Position numbers and translations under genes: made by a program. DNA of 64,000 nt. Origin: a bacterium. Its GTDB lineage: Bacteria; UBA8248. Location: assembly GCA_965207065.1 (NCBI GenBank), contig OZ242260.1, positions 3,136,001-3,200,000 of the forward strand, given 5' to 3'. Of the stretch, positions 9,347 to 19,531 are shown piece after piece. The notes under the pieces are model-generated. The model worked only from the letters and a program-made list of their open reading frames with translations, did not search any database and had not been told where the DNA came from. The number at the start of each line of letters is the position of its first letter. Position 1 is the stretch's first letter.

Positions 9347-12300
9347 ATGCCGCAAGCCCTGACGGCGGAGGTGCGTCCGCACGCCGCCCGCTCCACAGCG
9401 CCCACACAAGCAGAGACGCTCCTGGAAGCCGCCCGGACCCTGCTGCCCGTCCTGGCGGCCGGTCGTCCGCTGGATGCGAACGCGCTGCGCGACGCCATGA
9501 CGGGCGCATCAGGCGCCACCGACGCCGCGGGCGCCTGGATCTGGAAGGACGCCTACGAGGCGGCGGAAGCCGCCGTCGTGCTCTTCTTACAGCGCTACGG
9601 CCGGGCCATGAGACAAAGGGCCGGGGCCGGAGCGGGAGGTCCCGCCGCCATGCTGGCCATGCTGGAAAGAATCGCCGCCCTCGAACCCTCCCACACGAAG
9701 CGCTCCGAAGAGCAGGTGCGCCTCCAGCAGTTCTCGACCCCGCTCGGCCTGGCCTACGCCGCGGTACGCGCCGCCGCTATCCGCCCCGGCGACGTCGTCC
9801 TGGAGCCGAGCGCCGGGACCGGGATGCTGGCCGTGATGGCGCAGTGCGCGCTCGGGGGGGAAGGCGCGCTCCACCTGAACGAGATAGCGAGCGTCCGGGC
9901 CGGCCTCCTCGCCCGGCTCTTCCCCGACGCGGGCGTCACCCGCCATGACGCGGAGGCCGTCGCCGACCGCCTCCCCGGGGTTCGGCCGGACGTCGTCCTC
10001 ATGAACCCGCCGTTCTCGGCGACCCCGGGCGTCGCCAGGGTGCGTCATGACGCGGACCTCCGGCACCTGCGCTCGGCGTTTTCGGCGCTGGCCCCTGGTG
10101 GTCGCCTGGTTGCGATAACGTCGGCGGGCTGCGTCCCGGGCGATGCGGCCTGGGAGGCGGCCTTCACGTCCCCGGACTCAGCCGGCCGCGTCGTCTTCAC
10201 GACGGCAATCGACGGACGCGCCTACGCGAGGCGCGGGACCACGTTCGACACGCGCCTCACCGTGATCGAGAAGAGCGACGCGCCTGGTGTCGACATCGAT
10301 CCGCAGTCCCGCGTGATGGACGCCTCAGAACTGCTCGACGCCGTCTCGTCGCGGGTCCCGCCGCGTCCGTCATCGGAAGGCGTAGGCGAGGCGCCGCTCC
10401 GCGATCTTTTCGGGGAGACGACGGCGTCCGGGGGTAAAGCGCGCAAGACCGGGAAGAGGGACAACGGGCGGGAGGCGTCCAGACCGGCCCGCGACCCGGG
10501 TCCCGTCTCGGAACTCGCATACGAGACGGCCCCGCCGTGCGGCGAGGACGAGACGGCAGGCCCCTACGCGCCCTGGAAGCCGGGCGTCGTCCATATCCCG
10601 GGCGCCCGCGCGCATCCCACGCCCCTCGTCCAGTCCGCCGCCATGGCCGCCGTCGCGCACCCTGTACCCAAGCACCGCCCGCTGCTGCCTGAATGCGTCG
10701 TCACCGAGGGTTTGTTGTCCGACGCCCAGCTCGAGAGCGTCGTCCTGGCTGGCGAAGCCCACAACAACCACCTCTCGACCCGCTACCGGGTCGGCGCCGC
10801 CTGGGAGACGGTCCGCCGATATGAGGAGGAAGGCGAACACGCCGTGGAAGACGCCGTCACGGAGGACGGCGAAGTCCTCTCGGCGCCGGTGCGGTTCCGC
10901 CGGGGCTGGATGCTGGGCGACGGCACTGGGTGCGGCAAGGGCCGGCAGGTGGCGGCGGCCATCCTGGACAACATGCTCCGGGGGAGAAAGAGGGCGCTCT
11001 GGCTCTCGGCCTCCGCCAACCTGCTCGAGGACGCGCGCAGGGACTGGTCCGCCCTCGGGGGAAGCGCTGAGGACGTGATCCCGCTGGGCAACTTCCGCCA
11101 GGGGGCCGACATCCCGCACGAGAGCGGGGTCCTGTTCTCGACCTACGCCACGCTCAGGGCGCCGGCACGGGAGGGGAAGGCGTCGCGGCTCGAACAGGTG
11201 GTCGCCTGGCTCGCAGGGAGCCTCGAGGAGGAAGACCTCCACGGGTACGAGGGCGTGATCGTGTTCGACGAGTCCCACGCCATGGCCAACGCGGCGGGTT
11301 CCAGGGGCTCGCGCGGCGCCGTCAAACCCTCCGCCCAGGGACGGGCGGGGCTCAGGCTCCAGAACGCGCTCCCGGGCGCCCGCGTGCTCTACGTCTCGGC
11401 CACGGGCGCCACGACCGTGACCGGCCTGGCCTACGCGAGCCGCCTGGGCCTCTGGGGCGCAGGTGAGACGCCCTTCGAGAACCGGGAGGAATTCGTCTCG
11501 GCGATGGAGGCGGGCGGTGTCGCCGCCATGGAGGTGGTCGCACGGGACTTGAAGGCCTTAGGGCTGTACCAGGCGCGGGCCCTTTCGTATGAGGGGATCG
11601 AGGTCGACATCCTCGAACACCCGCTGAGTCCCGAGCAGCGGCGCATCTACGACGCCTACGCCGGCGCCTTCAAGGTCATCCACGCCAACCTCCAGGACGC
11701 GCTCGAGGCCACGGGCATCATGCAGGGAGAGGAGACGCTGAACAAAAACGCGAAGTCCGCCGCGCTCTCCGCCTTCGAGGGCGCGAAGCAGCGGTTCTTT
11801 GGCCACCTCTTGACCTCCATGAAGTGTCCCTCGCTCATCCGGGCGGTGGAGGCGGACTTGGGCGTGGGCGCCGGCCGCTCGGCCGTGATCCAGCTCGTCT
11901 CCACGGGCGAGGCCCTGATGGAGCGAAGGATCGCGGAGATCCCCTCATCCGAATGGGACGATCTATCCATCGACCTGACACCCAGGGAGTACGTGCTCGA
12001 CTTCCTCTCGCACGCCTTCCCGGTGCAACTGCAGGAGCCCTTCACCGACGATGAGGGGAACCTCATGAGCCGCCCGGCCGTCGATCCCGACGGGAACCCC
12101 GTTCTCTCCCAGGAAGCCCTGGCAAAGCGAGATGCGCTCATTGCGAAGCTGGCATCCTTGCCGCCGGTGCCATCCGCGCTGGACCAGATCGTGCACCGCT
12201 TCGGCCACGACGCCGTGGCCGAGGTCACGGGCCGCTCACGGCGCGTGCTCCGGGTCGAGGACGCGCAGGGCGAGCGGCTCGCCTTGCGGGCGCGCCCGGC

Positions 12301-13783
12301 CTCCGCTTCCCTCGCCGAGACGGCGGCCTTTATGGATGGCGAGAAACGCATCCTGGTTTTCTCGATGGCGGGCGGCACCGGGCGGAGCTACCACGCCGAC
12401 CTCTCCGCCGCCAACACGCAGCGGAGGGTCCACTACCTGCTCGAACCCGGCTGGCGGGCGGACCAGGCGATACAGGGACTGGGCCGCACCCACAGGACGC
12501 ACCAGGCCTCGGCGCCCCTGTTCCGGCCCGTGACCACCGACGTGAAGGGCGAGAAGCGCTTCATCGCCACCATCGCGCGGCGGCTCGACTCCCTGGGCGC
12601 CATCACGCGCGGACAGCGCAATTCCCAGACCGCCATGGCCGGCAGCGAGGCGACGCTCTTCCGCGCGGGCGACAACCTCGAAAGCCCCTACGCCCGGGCG
12701 GCGCTGCGCCAGTTCTACGGCGCCCTGTGGCGGGGCGGATTGCCCGGATGGTCCCTCGATCGCTTCGAGGAGGCGACCGGCTTGAAACTCACCTACGAGG
12801 GATCGCTCAAGGAGGACCTCCCGCCCATGCCGAGGTTCCTGAACCGCCTGCTCGCGCTTCCCATAGCGGAGCAGAACGCGCTGTTCGCTGAACTCGAATC
12901 CCGCGTCGAGTCCAACATCGAGGCGGCCGTCGAGGCGGGGACGTACGAGGTCGGCGTCGAGACCCTGCAAGCGGACTCGCTCACGGCGGCCGGCCGCGAG
13001 ACCCTCTACACCCACCCGGGGACGGGGGCTGCGACCGGCCTCGTCGAGATCCTCCGCCGCGACCGGCTCGTGCCCGTCACGGCGGACGCCGCGCTCGAGA
13101 CGGCCGGGAAGAGCGGCGCGCCCGCGCTCCTCATCAACGCCCGCTCGAAACGGGCGTCCGTCGTCCTGCCCGCGCCCTCAATGCTGTTCGACGACGGGGG
13201 CGTGCAGGAACGCGTAAGGCTCCTGAGGCCTGCCGCGCGGGAGGGGGTGGCGAGAGCCGAACTCGATGCCTCGAACTGGCGCGAAGCGGATGAGGCCGAA
13301 TGGCGCGCCCTCTGGGAGGCCGAAGTTGCCGGCCTGCCGCCCTACACCGAATCGCGCTTCTGGCTCGTCACCGGGCTCCTCCTGCCGGTCTGGGACCGGC
13401 TGGGGGCCGAGAACATGCGGGTGCGGCGCCTCGCCACCGACGAGGGAGAGGCGATGATCGGACGCGCCCTGGACGCAACCGGGATTCGGGCCGTGCGCGC
13501 CGCCTTCGGACTCGACGGTGGACCCTCCCTCGGCGCAGACGAGGCCTTCGACGCCGTCATGGGAAGCGGCGAGGTCCTGACCCTCGCGAACGACTGGCGC
13601 CTCGCGCGCCGCCGCATCATGGGAGCGCAGCGCCTGGAGATCGAAGGCCCCGACGACCGCCACCTCACAGCCCTCAAGCGCGCGGGCTGTACGGTCGAGA
13701 TCGTCTCCTGGAGAGCGCGGGTCTTCGCGCCCGACGCATCCGTCCTCGGCCGCGTCCTCGAGAACCGGCCCCTCGCGAGTTGA
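9347..13783 (+). CDS. Methyltransferase-strawberry notch (SF2 helicase-like) fusion protein
   Basis: LQQFSTP, VLEPSAGTG, MNPPF (MTase). LGDGTGCGKGRQ, FDESH, YVSATGA, GGTGRSYHA, QGLGRTHR (strawberry notch AAA_34/Helicase_C_4-like). Confidence 0.92.
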   Translation: MPQALTAEVRPHAARSTAPTQAETLLEAARTLLPVLAAGRPLDANALRDAMTGASGATDAAGAWIWKDAYEAAEAAVVLFLQRYGRAMRQRAGAGAGGPAAMLAMLERIAALEPSHTKRSEEQVRLQQFSTPLGLAYAAVRAAAIRPGDVVLEPSAGTGMLAVMAQCALGGEGALHLNEIASVRAGLLARLFPDAGVTRHDAEAVADRLPGVRPDVVLMNPPFSATPGVARVRHDADLRHLRSAFSALAPGGRLVAITSAGCVPGDAAWEAAFTSPDSAGRVVFTTAIDGRAYARRGTTFDTRLTVIEKSDAPGVDIDPQSRVMDASELLDAVSSRVPPRPSSEGVGEAPLRDLFGETTASGGKARKTGKRDNGREASRPARDPGPVSELAYETAPPCGEDETAGPYAPWKPGVVHIPGARAHPTPLVQSAAMAAVAHPVPKHRPLLPECVVTEGLLSDAQLESVVLAGEAHNNHLSTRYRVGAAWETVRRYEEEGEHAVEDAVTEDGEVLSAPVRFRRGWMLGDGTGCGKGRQVAAAILDNMLRGRKRALWLSASANLLEDARRDWSALGGSAEDVIPLGNFRQGADIPHESGVLFSTYATLRAPAREGKASRLEQVVAWLAGSLEEEDLHGYEGVIVFDESHAMANAAGSRGSRGAVKPSAQGRAGLRLQNALPGARVLYVSATGATTVTGLAYASRLGLWGAGETPFENREEFVSAMEAGGVAAMEVVARDLKALGLYQARALSYEGIEVDILEHPLSPEQRRIYDAYAGAFKVIHANLQDALEATGIMQGEETLNKNAKSAALSAFEGAKQRFFGHLLTSMKCPSLIRAVEADLGVGAGRSAVIQLVSTGEALMERRIAEIPSSEWDDLSIDLTPREYVLDFLSHAFPVQLQEPFTDDEGNLMSRPAVDPDGNPVLSQEALAKRDALIAKLASLPPVPSALDQIVHRFGHDAVAEVTGRSRRVLRVEDAQGERLALRARPASASLAETAAFMDGEKRILVFSMAGGTGRSYHADLSAANTQRRVHYLLEPGWRADQAIQGLGRTHRTHQASAPLFRPVTTDVKGEKRFIATIARRLDSLGAITRGQRNSQTAMAGSEATLFRAGDNLESPYARAALRQFYGALWRGGLPGWSLDRFEEATGLKLTYEGSLKEDLPPMPRFLNRLLALPIAEQNALFAELESRVESNIEAAVEAGTYEVGVETLQADSLTAAGRETLYTHPGTGAATGLVEILRRDRLVPVTADAALETAGKSGAPALLINARSKRASVVLPAPSMLFDDGGVQERVRLLRPAAREGVARAELDASNWREADEAEWRALWEAEVAGLPPYTESRFWLVTGLLLPVWDRLGAENMRVRRLATDEGEAMIGRALDATGIRAVRAAFGLDGGPSLGADEAFDAVMGSGEVLTLANDWRLARRRIMGAQRLEIEGPDDRHLTALKRAGCTVEIVSWRARVFAPDASVLGRVLENRPLAS

Positions 13784-13916
13784 ACCCGCACGTGCAGCCG
13801 GCCCGCATACGTATGGCCGGGGGGGAGGCGCCGTCCGTATCCATATCGCCGTCCACCCGGCGTCAATCGCCGGGGTGCGGCCTCTGATTCCGACATCACC
13901 CAAGGGAGTCCGTTTC

Positions 13917-14177
13917 ATGACCTCACACACACTGCCGGAAAACCCCGACTTCGCCTTCTGCCCGGCCTACGGTCCGGCCGACGCGCCGCAGGAGATACGG
14001 CTCGTCATCGACGGTATGGCCGGAAACATCCCCACCGCCATTGTCGCTTTGACCCTGGAAGACGCCGAGCGTTTCTGCGATCACCTGAACGCCCGCCTCG
14101 GGATGGACCGGGAGGCCTGGTCCGCCCTGGCCGCGCGAACAATGGGTCCGGCGCAGGACGACGAAGTCGCCGGTTGA
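13917..14177 (+). CDS. Hypothetical protein
   Basis: RBS AAGGGAG, 86 aa, co-oriented with neighbours. Confidence 0.6.
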   Translation: MTSHTLPENPDFAFCPAYGPADAPQEIRLVIDGMAGNIPTAIVALTLEDAERFCDHLNARLGMDREAWSALAARTMGPAQDDEVAG

Positions 14178-14269
14178 GCCGCCCTCATTGCAATGCAGCC
14201 GGCCCGGTGATGCCGGAGGACGCTCACGCGCCGGCTCTTTTTATGCTCATACTCCAGAGGAGGTCCACC

Positions 14270-15244
14270 ATGTCCCGAACACCATCTCCCGCGGCCGGGA
14301 TCGCCGCCGCGCTCGCCTCTCGCGCCGAGGAGGTCTGCCGCCGCTATCTGCCCCGGGGCAAGAAGCAGGGCCGCTACTGGGTCGCGGGCGACGTCGACGG
14401 CTCGCCCGGGCGCTCGCTCTTCGTCCGCCTCGAGCCTCCGGGCGCGCCCGGCAAGTGGAGCGACGCGGCCACCGGGGAGCATGGCGACCTGCTCGATCTC
14501 ATTCGCTGCCGAAGCGCTGCGTCCACGCTCCGCGCGGCCATGGACGAGGCCCGCACCTTCCTCGCCCTGCCTGCCCCTCATCTGCCGGACGGGGGGCCGC
14601 CATACGACGCGAGGGAAGCGGCGCGGCGCATCTGGCGGAGTTGCCGCCCGATTGAGGGCGCCCCGGCCGAGGCCTACCTCCGCGCCCGGGGCATCACGCG
14701 GTTCCGCTTCCCCTCCCTGCGATTCCACCCGGCGCTCTACCACCGCGAAGCTGATCGCCGGCTGCCCGCCCTGGTCGCCGCCGTGACCGACACCGAAGGC
14801 GCGCTCCACGGGGTGCACCGCACCTGGATCGATCCCGGTGCGCAGGCCAAGGCCGGCGTCCTCCCCTCCCGCAAGGCGCTCGGCCGGGTATTCGGGCGCG
14901 CCGTGCGCTTCGGAGTCCACGGGCCCACCCTCCTGGTCGGGGAGGGCGTCGAGACCGTGCTCTCGATCGTCACCGCGACGCCCCGGGTTCCCGCCGCGGC
15001 CGCCCTCTCCGCCGGCAGCCTCGGCGCATTCGTCCCACCCGAGGGGGTCACCCGCCTCGTTATCGCCCGGGACAACGACGTGGAAGGCGAGGTCGCGGCG
15101 GATCGCCTGGCCAAACGCTGCGCACGGGCGAGCGTCGCGGCCACGGTCATCGTCTCCGAGCGCGGCGACTTCAACGACGACCTCGCTGCGCTCGGCGCCG
15201 ACGTCCTCGCCGCACGGCTCGGGCCGTTCTTCCGCTTCGCGTGA
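14270..15244 (+). CDS. TOPRIM-domain primase-like protein (DUF7146-like/Toprim_3)
   Basis: GKWSDAATGEHGDLLDLI, AEAYLRARGI, GVHRTW, LVGEGVET, IARDND, GDFNDDL. Confidence 0.88.
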   Translation: MSRTPSPAAGIAAALASRAEEVCRRYLPRGKKQGRYWVAGDVDGSPGRSLFVRLEPPGAPGKWSDAATGEHGDLLDLIRCRSAASTLRAAMDEARTFLALPAPHLPDGGPPYDAREAARRIWRSCRPIEGAPAEAYLRARGITRFRFPSLRFHPALYHREADRRLPALVAAVTDTEGALHGVHRTWIDPGAQAKAGVLPSRKALGRVFGRAVRFGVHGPTLLVGEGVETVLSIVTATPRVPAAAALSAGSLGAFVPPEGVTRLVIARDNDVEGEVAADRLAKRCARASVAATVIVSERGDFNDDLAALGADVLAARLGPFFRFA

Positions 15245-15316
15245 GTCGGAGAGGAGCGGGCCTGAGCGGGGAGGGATTGTTTGACGACCGCCGCCCTGCT
15301 GCGCAGCCGGCCGGTT

Positions 15317-15676
15317 TCAGTCCGGCTCGGGGAGCCACCACCAAGCCAGCCAGGCCGGGAGGCTGGTCACGACCGCCCAGGCGGCTATCGAGAGCGGGCC
15401 GGGCAGTCCCGCCACCAAGGACGCCGTCACCGCGCCGAGCCCCGTCCCCATCGCCCAGGCGGATCGACGGTAACCCAGCCGCCATATCAGCCGGCATGCC
15501 AGGGCGAGCGGCAGACCGCACGGCGCCAGTGCCGCCGCCGATTCCGGCAACATCGGCGTCCAGGCCTCGGGCGCCGTCCAGAAGAGCACGGCGGCGGTCA
15601 CGAACACCCCGAGCGGCAGCCACAAGAGCGCCGGCGCCCAGAAGCCGCACCCCTCGATGCGTCTGCGGTTGTCCAT
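15317..15676 (-). CDS. Small integral membrane protein
   Basis: Three to four hydrophobic Trp-rich segments. Confidence 0.55.
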   Translation of the reverse strand: MDNRRRIEGCGFWAPALLWLPLGVFVTAAVLFWTAPEAWTPMLPESAAALAPCGLPLALACRLIWRLGYRRSAWAMGTGLGAVTASLVAGLPGPLSIAAWAVVTSLPAWLAWWWLPEPD

Positions 15677-15916
15677 GTCTCATCTGACCCGAATTCCAGA
15701 GCGGGCGCAAGCCGGGGGGTATCCATGTGCGCCTGTGTTAAGGGCAGCCTGGCGGGGACGGTGGCCGCGCAAGGTCCGTGGGCGGTCAGTCACCGGTCGT
15801 GAACCGCCTTCGTAGAGGAAGAGCGAAGCGGGGAGCCGGGCAAATGCCCGGTAGGGAGAGGGAGACGGTCTCCAGCTCCCGCTGCCGGGCACGACAACCC
15901 GAGAGGAGGCTTGGCC

Positions 15917-16048
15917 ATGTACGAGAACGACTACGACGTCGACGTTCCCACCGCGGACGAACTGCTCGCAGAACTCGGACTCGACGCGTACACGATCCGC
16001 CAGCTGCGCGCCGAGGCGGACGGCGAAGTGGAGTTTTGCAGCGTGTAG
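15917..16048 (+). CDS. 43-aa acidic small protein (not in the ORF track)
   Basis: RBS GAGGAGG. Translation MYENDYDVDVPTADELLAELGLDAYTIRQLRAEADGEVEFCSV. GC-rich third positions. Confidence 0.65.
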   Translation: MYENDYDVDVPTADELLAELGLDAYTIRQLRAEADGEVEFCSV

Positions 16049-16124
16049 GGCGAACCGGGGGGCGGAGAGAATGGCTCTCTCCCTCCTGTCACTTTTTCAC
16101 ACTCTCACTACAAGGAGAATCACC

Positions 16125-16556
16125 ATGGCATTCGGACTCAACAGAGCAGAACTGATCGGGCGTCTCGGCGCCGACGTCACCATCAACCATCTCGCGAGTG
16201 GCGGGCGCGTCGCGAATCTCTCGATCGCCACGGACGAGGGCTACGTCGACAAGCAGTCCGGCGACCGGGTGGACAAGACCGAGTGGCACCGGGTCGTGAC
16301 CTTCCAGCCCGGGCTGGTGGACATGTTTGAGAAGCACGCGAAGAAGGGACGCCTGGTCTACGTGGCGGGCAAGCTCCAGACACGCCGCTGGAAGAAGGAC
16401 GAGGAGGACTCGGACCGGTTCTCGACCGAGATCCTCATCGCGCCCGGCGGGCGGGTGCAGTTCCTGGAGAAGATGAACGGGAACGGCAATGGCAACGGCG
16501 CGCACCCCGAAGAGGCTGTGCCCGCAGGCGTAGTGGGCGAAGACATTCCATTCTGA
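16125..16556 (+). CDS. ssb: Single-stranded DNA-binding protein
   Basis: LNRAELIGRLGAD, TEWHRVV, KGRLVYVAGKLQTRRW, C-terminal EDIPF. Confidence 0.95.
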   Translation: MAFGLNRAELIGRLGADVTINHLASGGRVANLSIATDEGYVDKQSGDRVDKTEWHRVVTFQPGLVDMFEKHAKKGRLVYVAGKLQTRRWKKDEEDSDRFSTEILIAPGGRVQFLEKMNGNGNGNGAHPEEAVPAGVVGEDIPF

Positions 16557-16564
16557 TCACCCCG

Positions 16565-16600
16565 GGGGGTCGGCGTTACGGCGCCGGCCCCTTTTTTTGC
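16565..16600 (+). terminator. Terminator after ssb
   Basis: GGGGTCGGCG..CGCCGGCCCC followed by T7. Confidence 0.7.
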
Positions 16601-17163
16601 TTGTTATCCAGAGGAGGTCCGTCATGCCCCGAACACCCTCTCCCGCGTCTTTCCCTCCCTGTCGGCTTCTCTCGTCTACAGGGAACACCCGGAAAATCTC
16701 CGGTTCCGTGAACGGTAAACCATGTTCACGGAAGATCGGCTTGCGCCTGCAATCACCGCATACCCTGGACAGTGGCTCGGTCCACCCCCCGCTGCGGGAA
16801 TTCCGGGCCGGAAAAACGGCCCGAAATGACCCTTTCCGCAGCATGAAGGGATGTTTCCCGATGAGCTTCGCCTTCATCGTGAAACACCAGAGGCTCTTGT
16901 GTCCCGGTGGCGATACTAGTGTCTCTCTCTTAGCGTCCTCATTTTAGCACGAACGCCGAGCGAATAAAGGGTGGCCGCAGGCGGCCATCATTTGCCGGTA
17001 CCCCCCAAAAAACGATGAACCGTGTTTTTCGGGAACCCCCCGGAAAATGACGAGCCCTTGATTCGCCCGCCTACGGGCGCCGGATACACCGACCGGCGCC
17101 CTTACGTGCTGAAAATGGGACGCTAAGAAGCGCATCCGTTAACTCTCTGGAAAGGAGAAAGGC

Positions 17164-17538
17164 ATGGAAACCACCGTGGTGAACCTGAACGAATATGTGG
17201 CGCCCCAGTTCGGAGGCGGCTTGCTGGTGAGGATCGACCGCATGACGAAGTGGGGAAATCCCTTCCGTATCGGCGCCGACGGCGACCGCGACGAAGTCAT
17301 CGAGAAATACCGGCGATGGCTGTGGAAAAAAATCCGGCAGGAGGAGGTGAACCTCTACGAACTCGCCGACCTCCTCGGCTGCGAGCTCGGCTGCCACTGC
17401 CATCCCCTCCCGTGCCACGGCGACGTCCTCGCGCGCGCCGCCGAGTGGGCAGCCAAATATCTCGACGAGATGCCCAAAGAAGTGAAGCGGGACGATCTCG
17501 GCTACGCGCTGCCCCAATACAACCATCCCCTCGCTTGA
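17164..17538 (+). CDS. DUF4326 family protein
   Basis: RIDRMTKWGNPF, RDEVIEKYRRWL, LGCHCHPLPCHGDVL. Confidence 0.88.
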   Translation: METTVVNLNEYVAPQFGGGLLVRIDRMTKWGNPFRIGADGDRDEVIEKYRRWLWKKIRQEEVNLYELADLLGCELGCHCHPLPCHGDVLARAAEWAAKYLDEMPKEVKRDDLGYALPQYNHPLA

Positions 17539-17588
17539 GGACAACCGAACCAACGGCTGAAAAACCCAATCACTGAAAGGAGTGAACG

Positions 17589-18548
17589 ATGACTGCCACC
17601 GCGACTCACGACCACAAGGAGATGAACATGAACGAGCACAGCGAACACGAAGCGCAGAACGAATCCTTCACCGCCATGGTCTGCGAGCAGGCCGCCCTGT
17701 TCGGCGCCACGCCCGGGCCGGACGAGTTCGACAACCGCCCCGTGTGGGGCGAGGGCGAAGCCACCGCCGCCGTCATCAAGGCCTTCTGCGCACTCGCGGA
17801 AGCCGCACCCGACGGCACGCAGCTCGCGGATGAGCGGGCGAACCTCCTCTGGGGATTCGTCAACACCCTCGACGCCCAGACACAGCGGCTCGACCGCGCC
17901 GCCGACAAACTCATCCCCGGGGTCCGCGAACTGCAGCGCGAGCAGGACGGCTCCGAGATCCGCTCGCGCGAACTCGAACTCATGACCGACAGGGCCGAGA
18001 ATCTCACCGCCCGGCGCGATGCGTTCGAGGGGCTCCGTGACGCCGCCGCAGAGGCCTACCGCGCGGAGACCGGCGAGGTATGGCGGCCGAGGCGAGGCTC
18101 CCACGTCTCCCAGACCGGCAAGCTGACTTCCGCCGTCATCGAGGCCCGCGACTTCCAGCGCGCCAGAAAGGACCGCGAGAGCACCGCCCACCTCCCCCAG
18201 GGAACCCTCGTCGCCGTCGCGGGCGGCAAGGAGGCGAGCGACGCCGGCAAAATCATCGCGCATCTCGACAAGGTCAAGGCCAAGTACGCCGACGTCGTCC
18301 TCGTCCACGGCGGCGGCCCCGGTGCTGAGAAGATAGCGGCGGGATGGGCCGAGCGGAACGGCGTCCACCAGGTCGTCTGCAAGCCCGACTGGGACGCCCA
18401 CGGCAGGGCCGCTCCCTTCCGCAGGAACGACGAACTCCTCGCACTCCTGCCCAAGGGCGTGGTCGCGTTCCCCGGGTCGGGCATCACCGACAACCTCGTC
18501 GACAAGGCCCGCACCCTCGGCATCCCCGTCCAGAAAATCGCCGCCTGA
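17589..18548 (+). CDS. DUF2493 / YspA-like SLOG domain protein
   Basis: C-terminal VAVAGG, LVHGG..GAEKIA, PDWDAHGRAAPFRRND, VAFPGSGIT. Confidence 0.88.
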   Translation: MTATATHDHKEMNMNEHSEHEAQNESFTAMVCEQAALFGATPGPDEFDNRPVWGEGEATAAVIKAFCALAEAAPDGTQLADERANLLWGFVNTLDAQTQRLDRAADKLIPGVRELQREQDGSEIRSRELELMTDRAENLTARRDAFEGLRDAAAEAYRAETGEVWRPRRGSHVSQTGKLTSAVIEARDFQRARKDRESTAHLPQGTLVAVAGGKEASDAGKIIAHLDKVKAKYADVVLVHGGGPGAEKIAAGWAERNGVHQVVCKPDWDAHGRAAPFRRNDELLALLPKGVVAFPGSGITDNLVDKARTLGIPVQKIAA

Positions 18549-18859
18549 CGTGAACGCTCCACGGGTCGCGTCGCCGCCCGGCGGCGCGGCCCGTCGCCTC
18601 TCTCCTCGTTCACTCCACCGCACCTCTCCTGATTGCCCCGCTCGTCTTCACCCGCTCACTCGCCGCGGCGGCTCCCGCTCGCCATTCTCTCCGGCGAAAA
18701 TTCCCTCGACTCGCGTTCCCAAGAATCCCTGCGCTAGCCGCCCTTCGGCGTTTCGTTCAGTACACCCGACGCAGCGGGCTGCACCGATTGCTGAGTCTGC
18801 GAAATACCGCGTTCCCCTGCGCCCTGCTGTTATGATTCATCCCCTAGCGCATCCTTGTC

Positions 18860-19060
18860 GTGCCGGTAAAAGTGCGTCGCATTTGCGACGAACCTCGATC
18901 TGGACAACAATATCAATAGGTTAGAGGGAGGTCTGATGCGCTTTTACGGTGCAGGTTCTCCGCCAGATACCAATTGCGTCGCAGACCGGGGTGCGCGTGG
19001 ATATGATCCCTCCTTGCAAGCGTCGCAAATGCGACGCAAGACACAGATGCGCAAGGCCAT
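18860..19060. promoter_or_regulatory. Candidate oriT / relaxosome-protein binding region
   Basis: Non-coding. CGTCGCATTTGCGACG (18875-18890), its exact reverse complement (19021-19036) and a half site at 18974-18983. Lies between the leading-region genes and the RHH gene. Confidence 0.45.
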
Positions 19061-19189
19061 GACCAGTCGGCGAAACCCGGCCTAGGAGTTTGGTGCGCGT
19101 TCGGTGTTTCAGCTTCGAAAAGGTGCCGGCGGGAGTCGAAAACATCTCACATGAACGACCATTCGGTGGATAAAACAGGGGAAAAAGGC

Positions 19190-19531
19190 ATGGGAAAAAC
19201 GATCAACAAGCACATCCGCGTCGACGAAGATCACTGGAAACGAATTGAAAATGCCGCTCATGAGCGGGGGATTTCCCCGAGCCGGTTCATGATCTCGGCG
19301 GCGCTCGAGGCGATCAAGGGACAGGAATGGCCGCGAACTGAGGCGGAAATCCATCTGTTGCGCTCGGCGATGTTCACCGCACAGGCCATCATCCGCGACA
19401 TGGAGAGGGAAGGACGAGAGGAGGAGATCGAACAAATCAGTCGGACTATCTCCGAAGTCGCGCCGGAATTGCCACGCAAATCGAGGAAGGACCCGCAAGA
19501 GCGGACGAATACGGGGAGCGGTAACCCGTGA
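19190..19531 (+). CDS. Ribbon-helix-helix protein, probable relaxosome accessory or regulator
   Basis: KTINKHIRVDEDHWKRIENAAHERGISPSRFMISAALEAI RHH pattern. Alternative start at 19151. Confidence 0.65.
   Translation: MGKTINKHIRVDEDHWKRIENAAHERGISPSRFMISAALEAIKGQEWPRTEAEIHLLRSAMFTAQAIIRDMEREGREEEIEQISRTISEVAPELPRKSRKDPQERTNTGSGNP

Noticed and set aside
16557-16947. Overlapping ORFs on both strands after ssb
   Set aside because: Neither has a recognisable domain. The + ORF start is explained by the duplicated primase leader.
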